Assembly (NCBI GenBank): GCA_963662465.1
Contig: OY759599.1
Coordinates: forward strand, 7,968,001 to 8,032,000
DNA from: Desulfatiglandales bacterium
GTDB lineage: Bacteria; Desulfobacterota; DSM-4660; Desulfatiglandales; Desulfatiglandaceae
Length of the DNA stretch: 64,000 bases
Direction: 5' to 3'
Under the pieces are notes generated by a model, which saw only the letters and a program-made list of their open reading frames with translations, was not told the DNA's origin and did not search any database. Shown piece by piece: positions 60,762 to 64,000 of the stretch. The stretch's first letter is position 1. Each line of letters begins with the position of its first letter. Position numbers and translations under genes: made by a program.

Positions 60762-61400
60762 ATGGCTTTTACTTATTTCTTCAGAGATTTACATACACTT
60801 GAGATGGTCCGTGACCATGTGCTGCCCTCATGGCGTTCAAAACGGCGTATCCGCATTTGGGACGCCGGCTGTGCCATGGGCCCCGAACCCTACTCTCTTG
60901 CAATTATTTTAAGAGAAAACATGGGCAAAATGCTTTTTCGAAATGTGGCCATTTACGGATCGGACGTGGATGAAAGCGGACACTTTGGTGACATTATCAG
61001 GGAAGGGGTTTACCAGGAAGATCAGATCAAACGGCTGCCAAAAGATATTCTGGAAAACTATTTTGAGAAGAACGGGAAACCAGGCAGTTTTATTCTTTCC
61101 CACGAAATTCGCAAATGTGTTTCTTTCGAATGGCATAACCTGCTTTCCCTTAAACCCATCAAAACGGATCTGGATTTGGTTATATGCAAGAACGTCTTGC
61201 TGCATTTTAAAAAAGAAGAACGTGTTCAGGTGATTCGGATGTTTCATGAAGGTCTGGGCCCGGGCGGCTTTCTGGTGATGGAGCAGACCCAGAAAATGCC
61301 CGAGCCTCTGGGTGAGCTATTTGAGCGGGTGGTCTCAAATGCCCAGGTTTTCCGGAAAATGGGCCTTTCGCCCTCGCTGAGCACGAAAATACAAAAGTAA
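60762..61400 (+). CDS. cheR: Short CheR-type methyltransferase lacking the N-terminal domain
   Basis: Starts MAFTYFFRD; WDAGCAMGPEPYS, ICKNVLLHF. Confidence 0.8.
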   Translation: MAFTYFFRDLHTLEMVRDHVLPSWRSKRRIRIWDAGCAMGPEPYSLAIILRENMGKMLFRNVAIYGSDVDESGHFGDIIREGVYQEDQIKRLPKDILENYFEKNGKPGSFILSHEIRKCVSFEWHNLLSLKPIKTDLDLVICKNVLLHFKKEERVQVIRMFHEGLGPGGFLVMEQTQKMPEPLGELFERVVSNAQVFRKMGLSPSLSTKIQK

Positions 61401-61411
61401 GGAGTCGTCTT

Positions 61412-62224
61412 TTGATCATAACCGTTATCAACAATAAGGGTGGTACCGGAAAAACAACCACCTCTATTAACCTATCCGCTGCATTGGCAAAGGCAGGGTC
61501 GAACATTTTAGTGGTGGACATGGATTCACAGGCCTCTGCATCCCTGTCCCTGGGGATCAGCAAATCAGATTTGTCTCCGTCAACAGCGGATGTGCTTTTC
61601 AAAAAGAAAGAAATCACGGAAGTCATTCGGCCCACCGCAGTTACAGGCGTCGACATTGTAACGGGTGAGATGGCCCTGGCCAACACGGACCTCATTTTGG
61701 CGAATGCGGCGGGCCGTGAGCAAAGATTGTCTCAAGGGCTGATGCCGGTTCAAGATCAATATGACTTTATAATCTGCGACTGTGCGCCTTCTTTATCCAT
61801 GCTGGCCGTCAATGCACTGTGGGCGGCAGACCGTTATCTGGTTCCAGTGGCGCCTGAATACCTCGCCCTGGAAGGCTTGGTGAGTCTCATGAAAGCCGTA
61901 ACTCAAATGAAAACCGGCATGAATATTCATGCGCAATTGTTGGGTATCTTATTTACCATGGTCAATCCCCGTCTGAAAATAAGCCGGAACATCATCCAGC
62001 TTGTGCGGCAGCATTACGGAAAGGAGGTTTTCAATTCGCAAATCAGAAGGGATGTGAAACTGGCTGAATCGCCGTCATTTAGCCTGAGCATATTTGAGTA
62101 CGCACCGAAAAGTCATGGCGCCATGTCATATGCGGCTTTGGCGGATGAGGTCTTAAAGCGATGCGAAAATGAAAGACAAAAGACAATAAGGAAAGAGAGG
62201 CATGGAAATGAAGAGCAAGGTTGA
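61412..62224 (+). CDS. ParA/Soj-family ATPase in the che operon
   Basis: KGGTGKTT, DMDSQ, DCAPS; TTG start after AGGAG. Confidence 0.9.
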   Translation: MIITVINNKGGTGKTTTSINLSAALAKAGSNILVVDMDSQASASLSLGISKSDLSPSTADVLFKKKEITEVIRPTAVTGVDIVTGEMALANTDLILANAAGREQRLSQGLMPVQDQYDFIICDCAPSLSMLAVNALWAADRYLVPVAPEYLALEGLVSLMKAVTQMKTGMNIHAQLLGILFTMVNPRLKISRNIIQLVRQHYGKEVFNSQIRRDVKLAESPSFSLSIFEYAPKSHGAMSYAALADEVLKRCENERQKTIRKERHGNEEQG

Positions 62225-64000
62225 CGAGAGCATTTTCGAAAGCACGGTTTCCGACCCGGATGAGGCAGTCAAAGCCAAAAATGCGGGTGAAAAAAAGGGG
62301 GCTTCGAAACCGGAAACTCCTTCAGGAAGAGAAAGTGAAGCCCTGGCGGCATGTCAAGAAGCCCTTCAGGAAGCACAGGGCAAAGCCGCTTTGCTGGATT
62401 TGATTCCAACCCCCGTTATGAGCATTGATACGAATTTCAATGTCACTTATCTGAACACGGCTGGTGCTGAAGCCGTAGGGAAGGCGCAGGAATCCTGTAT
62501 CGGGAAGAAATGTTTCAGCCTTTTTAACACCGGTCACTGCAATACAGAGAATTGTCAAGTGGCCAAGGCCATGAGCCGTGATGGCGTTTTTACCTTTGAC
62601 ACAGTGGCGAAGTTGCCTTCGGGAGATTTGCCCATTCGCTATACGGGAGTACCTATCAAACACAAGGGTGAGATTGTGGGGGGACTGGAATATGTCCTGG
62701 ATATCACCAAAGAGATGGCCGTGACGGATGGCGTGCTGGAATTGGTTGAAGCCGCCAAAGGGGGGCGGTTGGACACCCGGGCCGATGCGGAACAATTTGA
62801 TGGGAATTATCGCAGGATTATCGATGGCGTAAACGAGACGCTGGACGCGGTAATCGGCCCGTTAAATGTTGCAGCGGAATATGTTGACCGTATCAGCAAG
62901 GGGGATATTCCGGAACCCATTACCGATGAGTACAAAGGAGACTTCAACGAAATCAAGAACAACCTGAACCAGTGCATCGGTGCCGTCGGGCTGCTGGTTG
63001 AAGATGCCGGCATGCTGGCTGCGGCCGCGGAAGCAGCGGAGTTCTCAACGCGGGCAGATGAATCCCGGCACAATGGCGATTTTCAAAAAATCGTATCAGG
63101 GGTCAACCAGACTTTTGATCTTGTTGCGGACAAACTGTATCTATACGAGTCTTCTCTTGATGCTATTCCTTTTCCCGTATCCGTAACGGACATGAATATG
63201 AACTGGTTGTTTTTCAATAAATCCGTAGCAACCTTGACCGGTCTGAAACGAGAGGAGTTGCTGGGCAAGCCATGCAACAACTGGAATGCAGATATTTGTC
63301 AGACGGAACGTTGCGGCATTCAGATGCTTAGAAAAGGTGATCCTACGAGCTTTTTCAAGCAGCCGGGACAGGATATGGATTTCAGAGTGGACACCCAGTT
63401 TATTCTGAACGGTAAGGGTGAAAAAATAGGGCATATTGAAATCATTCAGGACATTACCGCCGCCAACCGGGTTAATGAATTTCAGAATGAAGAGGTGGCT
63501 CGCCTGGCAAACAATCTGTCAGAGTTTGCCGGTGGGAACCTGGAAATTGACACCTCTGTTTCAGAGGGCAATCAGTACACCACAGAAGTCAGAGAGAACT
63601 TTTTAAAGATCAAGGATGCGGTAGACCAATCCATTAATGCGGTTCGATCTCTTGCGAGTGAGGCGGATATCCTGACCGAGGCAGCGGTTTCGGGCCGTTT
63701 GGACACGCGCGGAGATGCGAGCAAATTCGGTGGCGATTTTGGAAAGATTGTGAGCGGGGTAAACGAGACGCTCGATGCGGTAATCGGCCCGTTAAATGTT
63801 GCAGCGGAATATGTTGACCGTATCAGCAAGGGGGATATTCCGGAACCCATTACCGATGAGTACAAAGGAGACTTCAACGAAATCAAGAACAACCTGAACC
63901 AGTGCATCGGTGCCGTCGGGCTGCTGGTTGAAGATGCCGGCATGCTGGCTGCGGCCGCGGAAGCAGCGGAGTTCTCAACGCGGGCAGATGAATCCCGGCA
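62208..64000 (+). CDS. Soluble PAS/poly-HAMP chemoreceptor-like protein, 3' end outside window
   Basis: Manual translation: MKSKVDESIF...LLDLIPTPVMSID...CFSLFNTGHCNTENC...GVNETLDAVIGPLNVAAEYVDRISKGDIP; open to the window end. Confidence 0.85.
   Translation, partial: MKSKVDESIFESTVSDPDEAVKAKNAGEKKGASKPETPSGRESEALAACQEALQEAQGKAALLDLIPTPVMSIDTNFNVTYLNTAGAEAVGKAQESCIGKKCFSLFNTGHCNTENCQVAKAMSRDGVFTFDTVAKLPSGDLPIRYTGVPIKHKGEIVGGLEYVLDITKEMAVTDGVLELVEAAKGGRLDTRADAEQFDGNYRRIIDGVNETLDAVIGPLNVAAEYVDRISKGDIPEPITDEYKGDFNEIKNNLNQCIGAVGLLVEDAGMLAAAAEAAEFSTRADESRHNGDFQKIVSGVNQTFDLVADKLYLYESSLDAIPFPVSVTDMNMNWLFFNKSVATLTGLKREELLGKPCNNWNADICQTERCGIQMLRKGDPTSFFKQPGQDMDFRVDTQFILNGKGEKIGHIEIIQDITAANRVNEFQNEEVARLANNLSEFAGGNLEIDTSVSEGNQYTTEVRENFLKIKDAVDQSINAVRSLASEADILTEAAVSGRLDTRGDASKFGGDFGKIVSGVNETLDAVIGPLNVAAEYVDRISKGDIPEPITDEYKGDFNEIKNNLNQCIGAVGLLVEDAGMLAAAAEAAEFSTRADESR
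62829..64000 (+). repeat. Intragenic direct repeat 62829-63070 / 63759-64000 (period 930 bp)
   Basis: About 240 bp nearly identical at nucleotide level (two differences seen). Confidence 0.92.

Overview
Chromosomal window of a probable anaerobic deltaproteobacterium (Desulfobacterota-like; inferred from gene content). All family assignments come from motifs recognised by eye; no database search was run. Left to right: partial oleA, a REC-HDOD protein, a minimal SUF (SmsCB) pair, an S1-domain protein and DUF4197. Next come a decayed CO-dehydrogenase operon (cooS/cooF/NAD(P)-FAD oxidoreductase) and a truncated integron (intI, putative attI, a YqaA cassette with attC, and a NERD cassette broken by an IS relic). 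These are followed by ThiF, MaoC, an ion channel, DUF4384, a TetR-MMPL-LolA-like-outer-membrane module with visible operators, gapN, and a YeeE/multi-rhodanese/MBL sulfur-handling operon. The right half holds a PEP-synthase-like phosphotransferase, intact and broken PAS hybrid kinases, an AAA-PD-(D/E)XK gene, and a sigma54 enhancer protein between an MBL-GNAT-PAS-kinase operon and a cytoplasmic chemosensory operon that runs off the window. The most striking non-gene signal is a set of period-7 tandem-repeat mini-elements. They supply the stop codons of three genes, insert into kinase genes near the HATPase-REC junction, and separate a sigma54 promoter from its putative enhancer. No rRNA, tRNA or CRISPR array was seen.
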